The notes under the pieces were generated by a model that saw only the letters and a program-made list of their open reading frames with translations, was not told the DNA's origin and ran no database searches. From assembly GCA_964446225.1 (NCBI GenBank), contig CAYUOD010000001.1, positions 1 through 37,062 of the forward strand: a DNA stretch of 37,062 nucleotides, read 5' to 3'. Positions within the stretch are counted from its first letter, which is position 1. The number at the start of each line of letters is the position of its first letter. Shown in pieces: positions 18,097 through 26,288 of the stretch. Source of the DNA: an uncultured Acidimicrobiales bacterium (GTDB lineage Bacteria; Actinomycetota; Acidimicrobiia; Acidimicrobiales; Poriferisodalaceae). A program made the position numbers and the translations under genes.

Positions 18097-18377
18097 ACAA
18101 TCGGATCCGGCGTTGCAGCAGGATCGACTGCCGGCCCACGGCAAGGCCCAGATTCGAGTAGAGCTTGTTGGCCCCGGACGGACTCTCGCAGTCCACAAGG
18201 CGGGCCAGTTCGTCGTGATCAGGCGACCATTTCGCGAGAGCGAACCCTACGGTCCTGTTGATCAACGCACAGAGGCCATCGACATGCTTATCTTCGACCG
18301 CCTGCAGTTAATGTCTCACGGACTGGAGAGTAGCGGCGCTGGCTCTCACGTCTCTTCTGATTCTGACCAAAGCCCGA

Positions 18378-19262
18378 TCAAAGGCCCTTGAGGTGGGCGA
18401 GCGCCCACTTGTATGTCAACGGATCCGAATTCTTCTCATTTACAAAGATTGCCGAGTAATACAGCTTGTAGGTTGTCACCGAGGTCAGCGCCTCTTGACC
18501 GAAACGTCTCGACACGACCTGCTCCAGCCGCTCTGTCTCCGCGGTAGTTATCTGGTCATAAATCTGCGGAAAGTACAGCGCGGAGGCATAGTCCATCAGT
18601 GGATCGCCCACGACAGTGAGCATGCTGAAGTCGCCGACGCCAGACACGTTGCCGGAATCGTCCACGAAAATGTTGTTCGGATAGAAGTCACCGTGCACAA
18701 GCTGCTTTGCGGGTTCGTCCAGTGCCCCAATCCTGGCCAGCAACTCATCAACAACCCGCCCGCTGTCGGGGAGATCAGCCGAGAGATGAGGGCAGGACTG
18801 CGTCTCAGCGAGCACACGATTCTGCAGATACTCACCCCAGGTCGCCGCCGTCGAGCGTGGGGTAGCGAGAAGTTCTCCGAAGGGCCTCTCCGGCAGTGTG
18901 ATGCGCGACAGTTCACCCGCCGCTTCGATATAGCTACGCCAGGCGGTACGCCTTGTTGCGTCGTCGTCGGCTCGCGCCAGAAACTGTGACATCTCAGAGC
19001 CCGAAAAACGACGTTCGATCGTGTACGAGACACCATCAACTTGCTCGATGGAAAGAATCTCTGGAGTAGCAAACGTGAAGTCGTACTCCCTAATGAGTGA
19101 GCAGAGCTGGGAGCGATCATCGAGCGAGCTGAACTCCTTGTCACCGAGGATCCGAATCACGGTCGTCTCGCTGATGGCGTACACCTGCGCTTCGATGCCT
19201 GACCCAAGGTAGTCAGCAGACGTAATGGCGTGTCTGGCAAGAATTCGGTCGGTCGTCTTCAC
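18378..19262 (-). CDS. Aminoglycoside/choline-kinase-type phosphotransferase (APH family)
   Basis: Catalytic loop and Mg-binding motif LVHGDFYPNNIFVDDSGNVSGVGDFS (HGDxxxxN...D). Confidence 0.75.
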   Translation of the reverse strand: MKTTDRILARHAITSADYLGSGIEAQVYAISETTVIRILGDKEFSSLDDRSQLCSLIREYDFTFATPEILSIEQVDGVSYTIERRFSGSEMSQFLARADDDATRRTAWRSYIEAAGELSRITLPERPFGELLATPRSTAATWGEYLQNRVLAETQSCPHLSADLPDSGRVVDELLARIGALDEPAKQLVHGDFYPNNIFVDDSGNVSGVGDFSMLTVVGDPLMDYASALYFPQIYDQITTAETERLEQVVSRRFGQEALTSVTTYKLYYSAIFVNEKNSDPLTYKWALAHLKGL

Positions 19263-19342
19263 GGTGGCAAGTATCGCGTGTCAAAGCAGGCCCGAGGCTC
19301 ATCGAAAACGCGTCGTGCTGCGCCAAAGCCTATGGTGAAGCA

Positions 19343-20134
19343 ATGGAATCAGCTCTGACGTCACGCTTGGCGACGGGCATCACACAGGATCCGCCCGTAC
19401 TCTTCGTGCATGGGGCCTGGCATGGTGCCTGGTGTTGGGATACACACTTCCTGGGGGCGTTCGCGGAAGCGGGCTATGACGCATACGCGTTAGATCTGCG
19501 TGGCCACGACGGCTCCGGCAAGAGCATGCGGCAATTCAGTCTTGCTGACTACCTCGAAGACATTCGGACCGCTGTGTCCGAAATTGGGACAGAACCCATT
19601 CTGGTTGGGCACTCAATGGGTGGATACCTCGTTCAGCGCCATCTCGAAACTCAGCGGGCACCTGCAGCTGTATTGATAGCTTCCATTCCACCCAAAGGTG
19701 CTTTGGGTATCGCCCTTAGACTGTTGCGCTCGCACCCCGTTGCTCTTCTCAAGACGCAACTACAACTGCGCCTCTGGCCGCTGGTCGAGACACCTGAGCT
19801 TGCACGGGATCTGTTCATGCGCGACGACGCCACCGATCTTGATGCTGAGTTGCTGCAAGGCCGTCTCCAGGACGAGTCGTTCCGTGCTTTTCTGGGTCTA
19901 CTCAGTCGCAGGATCAGACAAGCAGAGACAGCAACGCCGACACTGGTGTTGGGCGCGGAGCAGGATCGTGTTGTAACCATCGGCGAAGTTAGAGCCACGG
20001 CTACCCACTTCGGTACCGACGCTGTCATCTTGGCCGAGATGGCACACGATGTGATGCTGGACCCCGACTGGAAGCTCGCCTCCGACGCCATCCTGACCTG
20101 GCTGGGCGAGGTTCTTGAACCCGACGATGAGTGA
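19343..20134 (+). CDS. Alpha/beta hydrolase fold protein
   Basis: VLFVHGAWHGAWCW, nucleophile elbow VGHSMGG and a C-terminal EMAHDVMLD (His). Confidence 0.8.
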   Translation: MESALTSRLATGITQDPPVLFVHGAWHGAWCWDTHFLGAFAEAGYDAYALDLRGHDGSGKSMRQFSLADYLEDIRTAVSEIGTEPILVGHSMGGYLVQRHLETQRAPAAVLIASIPPKGALGIALRLLRSHPVALLKTQLQLRLWPLVETPELARDLFMRDDATDLDAELLQGRLQDESFRAFLGLLSRRIRQAETATPTLVLGAEQDRVVTIGEVRATATHFGTDAVILAEMAHDVMLDPDWKLASDAILTWLGEVLEPDDE

Positions 20135-20708
20135 CCAACACAGAAGGCCTGCATTGATAGAACCACTCGAACCGCCCTTCGAGGATCGCCAGGCCGCCAT
20201 CATGGAGCGCATTGCACCTGGCCAGGAACGACCACTTGGGCTCTTTCGTCTGCTGGCTCACAACCCCGACATGTTCGACGCCTTTCTCGGCTACGGCTCC
20301 TACAACCTGAGCCGGAAGTGCTCCTTGAGTATCCACGACCGTGAACTCGTGATCTTCCGAGCTGCAGGAAGGGCTCATGGTGAGTACGAGTGGGGTATGC
20401 ACGTACTGTTGTTCACTGAAAAGGCCGGCCTCACTGAGGCCCAGGTCAGGTCCTGTGCCACCGGCGGCCCGAAGGACGAGTGCTGGCAGGATCCGCGCGA
20501 CCGAACAATCCTCGCCGCCGTTGATGACCTTCACGATGAAGACCGGGTGTCAACGCCCGTGCTGGGCCAGCTTGAGAGTCTCTTCAGCCCGGCCCAAATC
20601 CTGGACCTTATCCTGATTGCGGGCTGGTACCGGACCCTGTCCAACGTGACAGAATCGCTTCATCTGCCACTGGAGGACACTGCGGCCCGCTTTCCAGAAC
20701 GTCCCTGA
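20127..20708 (+). CDS. Carboxymuconolactone decarboxylase (CMD/AhpD-like) family protein
   Basis: LFRLLAHNPDMFDAF and DRELVIFRAAGRAHGEYEWGMH fit the CMD-family pattern. ATG 20127 overlaps the upstream gene by 8 nt; the track start TTG 20115 is also possible. Confidence 0.7.
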   Translation: MSDQHRRPALIEPLEPPFEDRQAAIMERIAPGQERPLGLFRLLAHNPDMFDAFLGYGSYNLSRKCSLSIHDRELVIFRAAGRAHGEYEWGMHVLLFTEKAGLTEAQVRSCATGGPKDECWQDPRDRTILAAVDDLHDEDRVSTPVLGQLESLFSPAQILDLILIAGWYRTLSNVTESLHLPLEDTAARFPERP

Positions 20709-20766
20709 CCAGGTCATATCTGCGCGTCCAACTTCCACGGATAGCAGAAACGTTCCACCTTAGCTC

Positions 20767-20831
20767 CCCAGTGTCTATAGTGTCCCTTCTAGATCGCCCT
20801 TCTGGCGATCCAAGAAAGCGAGACTGGCGAG
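20767..20831 (+). promoter_or_regulatory. Conserved upstream element, copy 1 (TATAGT box 20776-20781; hairpin GATCGCC-cttct-GGCGATC 20792-20810; AGAAAGCGAGACTGG 20813-20827)
   Basis: Hand alignment with 28547-28609 gives roughly four-fifths identity. The spacing between the three blocks is the same in both copies. Confidence 0.45.
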
Positions 20832-21212
20832 ATGCCACTATTTGATTTGTTCTGGTCCATGATGGTGTTCTTCTTGTGGATTGCGTGGATCTGGATACTG
20901 ATCTCAGTATTCATGGACATCTTCCGCAGCGATGATCTGAACGGTTGGGGCAAGGGCCTCTGGTCCATCTTTGTTCTCTTCCTGCCATTCCTGGGAATCT
21001 TCGTGTACCTGATCGCGCGCGGCGACAAGATGCAGGAGCGCACAATCCAGCAGATGCAGCGCCAGGATCAAGCCACACGCGCCTACATCCAGGATGCATC
21101 GGGTAGCGCAAGCACTGCTGACGAACTGCAGAAGCTGCAGGGACTCAAGGACTCGGGCACCATTACGGACGAAGAGTTCGCTTCGCTCAAGGCAAAGGCC
21201 ATGGGCGCGTAA
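20832..21212 (+). CDS. Small membrane protein: PLDc_N (PLD nuclease N-terminal) domain plus C-terminal SHOCT domain
   Basis: Two TM helices with WSIFVLFLPFLGIFVYLIARG (PLDc_N pattern). The C-terminus ELQKLQGLKDSGTITDEEFASLKAKAMG is a SHOCT motif. Confidence 0.8.
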   Translation: MPLFDLFWSMMVFFLWIAWIWILISVFMDIFRSDDLNGWGKGLWSIFVLFLPFLGIFVYLIARGDKMQERTIQQMQRQDQATRAYIQDASGSASTADELQKLQGLKDSGTITDEEFASLKAKAMGA

Positions 21213-21234
21213 AACACTCAAACACGCTATCGGT

Positions 21235-21272
21235 GCGTGACTCGGGGTTGCTGTAGTAACCCAGAGTCACGC
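21235..21272. terminator. Bidirectional intrinsic-terminator-like hairpin between convergent genes
   Basis: GCGTGACTCGGGGTT-gctgtagt-AACCCAGAGTCACGC forms 15 positions with one mismatch and an 8-nt loop. There is no clear U-tract, so it is an I-shaped type. Confidence 0.55.
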
Positions 21273-21281
21273 ATGGATGAC

Positions 21282-22304
21282 CTAGTCGGGCCTGACCCGG
21301 ATGACCGTTTTCCCCTGCGCGTGCCCTTCGCTCTGGTGCTGGAGCGCGTCCGCTGTCTCACTCAGGTCGTAGATTCGATCAATTACTGGAATCACCTGCC
21401 CAGACTCGATGAGTTTCCGCAGGAAGACGAGGTCCTCGGGCTTCACTTTCGCCAGCAACATTGATACCTGCCCGCGGCGCACAAGCGCTGCCAGGGTTAC
21501 CTTCAGGGCAAAGGCCAGCGGCCCACGGCCAATACGGTGGCCCTTAGGTGCACCCGCCGCCACGTACCTGCCGCCCGTCACCAGCACGCCACGACTGTCC
21601 TTCAGCGAGCGATTCCCAACGTTGTCGAGCACGAGATCGTAACGTCGGCTGGCCACAGCGAAGTCCTCTTTGGTGTAGTCGATGATGTGATCTGCTCCGA
21701 GTGACCTCACCAACTCGACGTTTCGCGTACTGCAAACAGCAGAGACCTCCGCATCGAAGGCCTTCGCTATCTGCACCGCGAAGGTGCCTACGCCTCCTGA
21801 TGCTCCATTGATGAGCACCCGCTGACCCGCTTTGAGCTGCCCCTTGTCGCGCAACCCCTGCAGGGCAGTGATTCCCGCGAGAGGCACCGCTGCTGCCTGC
21901 TCGAACGTGATATTGCCTGGCTTGACCACGACTCGATCTGCTGCCGCGTTGACATATTCGCCATAGGCTCTCGGCACGTCGCCGTACACCTCATCGCCTG
22001 GCTGTAGATGCCCAACGTCTGCGCCTACCGACACAACCACTCCTGCCACGTCGGCGCCCACAATTGGTTCCTTCGGCTTGAATAGCCCGAGTTGGAGACG
22101 CATGAGAAACGGCCACCCCGTGACGAAGTGCAAGTCATAGGGATTTACCGACGAAGCGTGCACCTTCACAAGGACCTCATCTGCGCCTGCGGCTGGCCTG
22201 TCGACTTCCGCGACTCGAAGAACCTCTGGGGAACCGTATTCGCGGTACACAACGGCCTTCATGGTGCTGGGCTCTGCTGATGCAGGAGCGTCCAACTCAG
22301 ACAT
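21282..22304 (-). CDS. NAD(P)-dependent medium-chain dehydrogenase/reductase (quinone oxidoreductase-like)
   Basis: MKAVVYREYGSPEVL and the Rossmann motif VLINGASGGVGTFAVQIAK. ATG 22304 forms a TGATG overlap with the upstream MMPL stop. Confidence 0.85.
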   Translation of the reverse strand: MSELDAPASAEPSTMKAVVYREYGSPEVLRVAEVDRPAAGADEVLVKVHASSVNPYDLHFVTGWPFLMRLQLGLFKPKEPIVGADVAGVVVSVGADVGHLQPGDEVYGDVPRAYGEYVNAAADRVVVKPGNITFEQAAAVPLAGITALQGLRDKGQLKAGQRVLINGASGGVGTFAVQIAKAFDAEVSAVCSTRNVELVRSLGADHIIDYTKEDFAVASRRYDLVLDNVGNRSLKDSRGVLVTGGRYVAAGAPKGHRIGRGPLAFALKVTLAALVRRGQVSMLLAKVKPEDLVFLRKLIESGQVIPVIDRIYDLSETADALQHQSEGHAQGKTVIRVRPD

Positions 22305-24544
22305 CAAACAAACACCTCCTCGCGCACGATGTTCTCGAGTCCATCGGCTTCCATTTCCGGGTCGGGTAGTCCGCTTTCTCCCTCGATATCAATCGTAGGC
22401 AGTATGCGGTCGAGCCAGTCGGGGATCCACCAGTTGGCATCACCCATGAGCTTCATTGAAGCAGGCACAAGCACGATTCGCACGATGGTGGCGTCCACGA
22501 AGATGGCGGTCGCCAAGCCAAGGCCCATCATCTTGATGACAGGATCCTCGCCGAGAACGAACCCGAGGAACACCGAGATCATGATGAGTGCTGCTGAGGT
22601 GATGACTCGGGCGGTGCTGGCTATGCCATAGATGACCGAGGCCTCGTTATCGCCTGTTCGCAAATACTCCTCGCGCACTCGCGACAGGAGAAACACCTCA
22701 TAGTCCATGGACAGTCCAAACAGGATCGCGAACATGAACATCGGAATGAACGAGACAATTGGGACTGTTGCCTCCAGGCCGATGAGGCCCTTGCCCCAGC
22801 CCCACTGGAAGACCATGACCATCACGCCGTAAGCGGCACCAATACTCAAGAGGTTCAGCAGAGCCGCCTTGATCGGTACGAGGATCGAACGGAAGACCAG
22901 AGTCAAGAGCATGACCGACATCAGAATCACCGCGGCGATGAAGAAGGGCAGTCGAGCGGAGACGCGCTCAGCAATGTCGGCAAAACTGGCTGTTGCGCCC
23001 CCCACATGAACGACCGCCGGACTTCCGTCCATGATCGGAGGGAACGCCTCAGAGCGGAGGCGCCTGACGGTGTCGACGGTTGCGTCATCCTGAGGAGCAG
23101 TGGTCGGGAACGCAATGATGGTGGCCACGCCGGCAGCGCCGTTCACTTCAGCAGGCGCCACAGCCGCGATGCCTTCGTCGGAGGCAATTGCCGTGAACAG
23201 GGGCTCAACGACACTGGCATCCTCAGAGATGTCGACCGCTATGACCAACGGACCGGCAAATCCTGGTCCGAACCCTTCGGCTAGGAGATCGTACGCCCTA
23301 CGCTCTGTGCGGCTGTCGGGCAAGGCCCCGTCGTCAGGGAAGCCCAACTGGAGTGCCAGCACGGGTGCGGTGAGCGCCAACAAGAATACGGTCGTGCCGA
23401 TCGCATAGGACCAAGCGTGCCGTGTTACATGCTTCCCCCAGCGCTGCCAGTTCGCTCCGATTGTCTGGCCGTCGCTAGGCCGAGTCCGATGGAGACCAAG
23501 GCGGTTGATCCAGTGGCCTGTGAGACCCAGAAATGCGGGCAGCAGCGTCACCGAGGCGATCACCATCAGCATCACAATCACCGAAGTGGCGATGCCTGCA
23601 GCGGTCATCGCTGGCACACCGGCAACGGCGAGACCGAGAATCGCGACGACCACAATAGAACCAGCGAAGATGACTGCCTGGCCAGCGGTCGAAACAGCGC
23701 GCCCGACGGATTCCTCGACGGTCATGCCCCGGGCAAGAAACTCCCGGTGGCGTGTGACAAGGAACAACGCGTAGTCGATGCCCACACCAAGCGCAATCAT
23801 GCTGGCCATCTGAGGCGCCCAGCTTGGAATGTCAATGAAGTAGGTGATGAGCGACATTGAGCTCACCCCAAGGGCCAGGCCAAACACGGCCATACCAATG
23901 GGAAGCCCCATTGCGATGAGAGATCCGAACGCGAGGAGCAGGATAACAATCGCCGCAATGATGCCGATCATCTCACCGAGTCCAGTCTCTGGCTCCTCAA
24001 AGGTGAAGAACAGATCGCCACTCAGCTCAACCTGCAGCGGAGAATCCTCAGCGATCTGCGCACCGAACTCCTTGAGGTTCAACAGATCGCCCCGGCTCAG
24101 GTCATCCACGACCGGGTACTGGACCCGGATAAGCGCAATACGTCCGTCCTGGGACACAGCGCCACTCAGCACCGCAGCTTCAGGGCCTTGCGCCACTACA
24201 CCCGCGGGGTCGTTGGTGCCGATCACCTTGGGCAGGCTCGCTGCTCCGGCCTGTACCTCTGCCAGCGCAGTCTGCGCTTCAACCGAGTCGAAGAACGTGG
24301 CGTTCTCTGCAATGGGGGTAACGACAACTTGCGCGGTAAGTCCCGCGCGATCTGACTGGGCTTCGATGAGAAGATCCGTGGCGAGCTGGGAGTCAAGGCC
24401 TGGTACCTCGAACTTGTCTTCCAGTTCCCGACCGAACGTGCCCGAAGCAACAACGACCAGCACCGATGCGACAATCCAGACCCCAATCACGACCCATGGT
24501 CGACGTGCCGCGTAGCGGCCCCACCGGTAGAGAGCGTGTGACAT
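22304..24544 (-). CDS. MMPL family (RND superfamily) membrane transporter, paralog 2
   Basis: Same architecture and motifs as 12415-14760 (GVGIDYALFLVTRHRE, FGLSMDYEVFLLSRVREEY). AAGGAGA lies upstream of ATG 24544. Confidence 0.85.
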   Translation of the reverse strand: MSHALYRWGRYAARRPWVVIGVWIVASVLVVVASGTFGRELEDKFEVPGLDSQLATDLLIEAQSDRAGLTAQVVVTPIAENATFFDSVEAQTALAEVQAGAASLPKVIGTNDPAGVVAQGPEAAVLSGAVSQDGRIALIRVQYPVVDDLSRGDLLNLKEFGAQIAEDSPLQVELSGDLFFTFEEPETGLGEMIGIIAAIVILLLAFGSLIAMGLPIGMAVFGLALGVSSMSLITYFIDIPSWAPQMASMIALGVGIDYALFLVTRHREFLARGMTVEESVGRAVSTAGQAVIFAGSIVVVAILGLAVAGVPAMTAAGIATSVIVMLMVIASVTLLPAFLGLTGHWINRLGLHRTRPSDGQTIGANWQRWGKHVTRHAWSYAIGTTVFLLALTAPVLALQLGFPDDGALPDSRTERRAYDLLAEGFGPGFAGPLVIAVDISEDASVVEPLFTAIASDEGIAAVAPAEVNGAAGVATIIAFPTTAPQDDATVDTVRRLRSEAFPPIMDGSPAVVHVGGATASFADIAERVSARLPFFIAAVILMSVMLLTLVFRSILVPIKAALLNLLSIGAAYGVMVMVFQWGWGKGLIGLEATVPIVSFIPMFMFAILFGLSMDYEVFLLSRVREEYLRTGDNEASVIYGIASTARVITSAALIMISVFLGFVLGEDPVIKMMGLGLATAIFVDATIVRIVLVPASMKLMGDANWWIPDWLDRILPTIDIEGESGLPDPEMEADGLENIVREEVFV

Positions 24545-24620
24545 CGTAATTTCTCCTTGGATTTCCGTAAGTACTCAGAAGACTGTGACGGCATCAGGTC
24601 GGTCCTCGGTGGTGGACTGC

Positions 24621-24661
24621 TTTGGGTTGAGTTGAGGCCATCAGGGCGGGCTCAACCCAAA
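24621..24661. promoter_or_regulatory. Perfect 11-bp inverted repeat TTTGGGTTGAG-N19-CTCAACCCAAA in the divergent MMPL / FGGY-kinase intergenic region
   Basis: Read directly from the sequence. It lies ~77 nt upstream of the MMPL start and ~74 nt upstream of the kinase ATG. Confidence 0.4.
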
Positions 24662-24734
24662 CACAACCCGGCCGGACCCCGAGTCGAACGAGACGGGTTT
24701 GCCCCGGCAATTACCTAGACCCCATGATGGTCAG

Positions 24735-26288
24735 ATGGCGGCAGCACTCGGACTCGATATCGGCACGACAAACATCAAGGCGGTACTGGTGGGCCCGGAC
24801 GGTCATGCGGCCGCTCGGAGCCAGCGTGAACTTGCTACAACTCAGCGCGGCGCGGTCGTCGAGCAGGATGCCAACGCAATGTGGCGCGGCTGCATCGAGG
24901 CCGTCAGCGAACTCACTTCTGCGCATCCGGGTCTGGCAGGCAAAGTTGAGTCCATTGGGGTGTGCTCGCAGTACTCGTCCATTGTGCCGGTCGACGAGGA
25001 CATCAAGCCGGTGGGCCCGATCGTGATGTGGGGCGACCAGCGGGGTACCGACCATTCGTGGGAGATCATGGGGCGTGACGAGAATGCGTTCCTCACGTGG
25101 ATTGACGTCCACGGAATCCCGACGGTTGGCAGCGGACTCTCTCTCGCCCACATTCTGTTCCTGCAGCACGACCGGCCCGAGATTCACTCTCAAACGGCGA
25201 CCTACCTTGAACCGATGGACTATGTCACCGCTCGCCTCACCGGGCGCGTTACAGCGACGCAACACTCCATGTTCATGTCCCAGCTATGTGACAACAGGAC
25301 CTTGGGTACCACCTCTTACGACCGTGACCTCATTCGGCTCTCGGGAGTCGACGAGTCGCGGCTTCCGCCGCTCATCGGCGTCGATGATGTGGTGGGGGAG
25401 TTGCACGCAGCAATCGCCGGAGAAATGGGCCTTCCCGCCACCGCGGTTGTGTACGCGGGCTCTAACGACACGGCGATTCTCGCCGTTGCCAGCGGAGTTG
25501 CAAAGTCCGGACGAGGGGGACTCGCAATCGGAACCACCAGCGTGCTGTTGGACTCGGTCGCAAGAAAGGACACTGACCTCGACCACGAGGTGCTCTCCAT
25601 GCCTGGCTTGGCCTCGGACCAGTATCTGGTCTTCGCTGAGAACGGCTACGGCGGACGAGTGGTCGAGTACATGCTCGATCAGATCGTCTACGCGGGAGAT
25701 AGTCTGGCCGACCACAGCACGCAGAATCTGTTCACACGGCTTGATGACGCCCTCAGGGAGTCCCCGCCGGGAGCCGGAGGTTCCCTGTTTCTACCGTGGT
25801 TGGGTGGCTCACTCGCACCAAGCGCAAATCCAAATATGCGCGGTGGTTTTATCAACGTCTCTCTTGAGACGCGTCGCGTCGATCTGGTCCGCAGTGTGAC
25901 CGAGGGTGTCGCACACAACCTTGCGTGGCTCATGCCCTTCGTTGAGACATTTACCGGCGACGCCATCGAGGAACTGGCCTTCGTCGGGGGAGCTGCCCGC
26001 TCCACTGCCTGGACGCAGCTGCTTGCTGACATTCTGAACAAGCCAGTGATGGCTGCAGTCGAGCCCGAAACAGCCGTCGCTGGCTCTGTGGCGCGCCTCG
26101 CCATGGCCCGGTCAGGATCACTTGACCGAGAGACGGTCGAGGCTGGCGTGGAACTGGCTCAGCCCCGCGTTCCACAAGCAGACCTGCGCTCAATGTACGA
26201 CCTTCACCAGGAACAGTTTCAGGCATCCTTCGAGGCCCTACGGCCCATAAACGAAGCACTCAGCGCATTCCATGGAGATGATCAGTGA
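24735..26288 (+). CDS. FGGY-family carbohydrate kinase (xylulokinase/gluconokinase-like)
   Basis: ALGLDIGTTNIKAVLV (phosphate-1 loop), FLPWLGG...RGGFINVSLET, and FVGGAARSTAWTQLLADILNKPV. ATG 24735 is preferred over the track TTG 24699. Confidence 0.8.
   Translation: MAAALGLDIGTTNIKAVLVGPDGHAAARSQRELATTQRGAVVEQDANAMWRGCIEAVSELTSAHPGLAGKVESIGVCSQYSSIVPVDEDIKPVGPIVMWGDQRGTDHSWEIMGRDENAFLTWIDVHGIPTVGSGLSLAHILFLQHDRPEIHSQTATYLEPMDYVTARLTGRVTATQHSMFMSQLCDNRTLGTTSYDRDLIRLSGVDESRLPPLIGVDDVVGELHAAIAGEMGLPATAVVYAGSNDTAILAVASGVAKSGRGGLAIGTTSVLLDSVARKDTDLDHEVLSMPGLASDQYLVFAENGYGGRVVEYMLDQIVYAGDSLADHSTQNLFTRLDDALRESPPGAGGSLFLPWLGGSLAPSANPNMRGGFINVSLETRRVDLVRSVTEGVAHNLAWLMPFVETFTGDAIEELAFVGGAARSTAWTQLLADILNKPVMAAVEPETAVAGSVARLAMARSGSLDRETVEAGVELAQPRVPQADLRSMYDLHQEQFQASFEALRPINEALSAFHGDDQ

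Noticed and set aside
18400-18520. Locally lower-GC stretch at the 3' end of the APH-family gene as a sign of horizontal acquisition
   Set aside because: This is an eye impression only, since I cannot compute GC skew or codon bias. No flanking repeats or mobility genes support an island boundary.
23844-24515. Long antisense or shadow ORFs opposite real genes, for example 23844-24515, 25075-25899, 34124-34723, 6171-6713, 5567-6076, 12753-13127, 13131-13571 and 15172-15774
   Set aside because: They have Arg/Ser/Pro/Ala-rich low-complexity translations with no recognisable motifs. Each lies fully inside a gene on the other strand or frame that has strong family signatures. This is the typical high-GC frame artefact.
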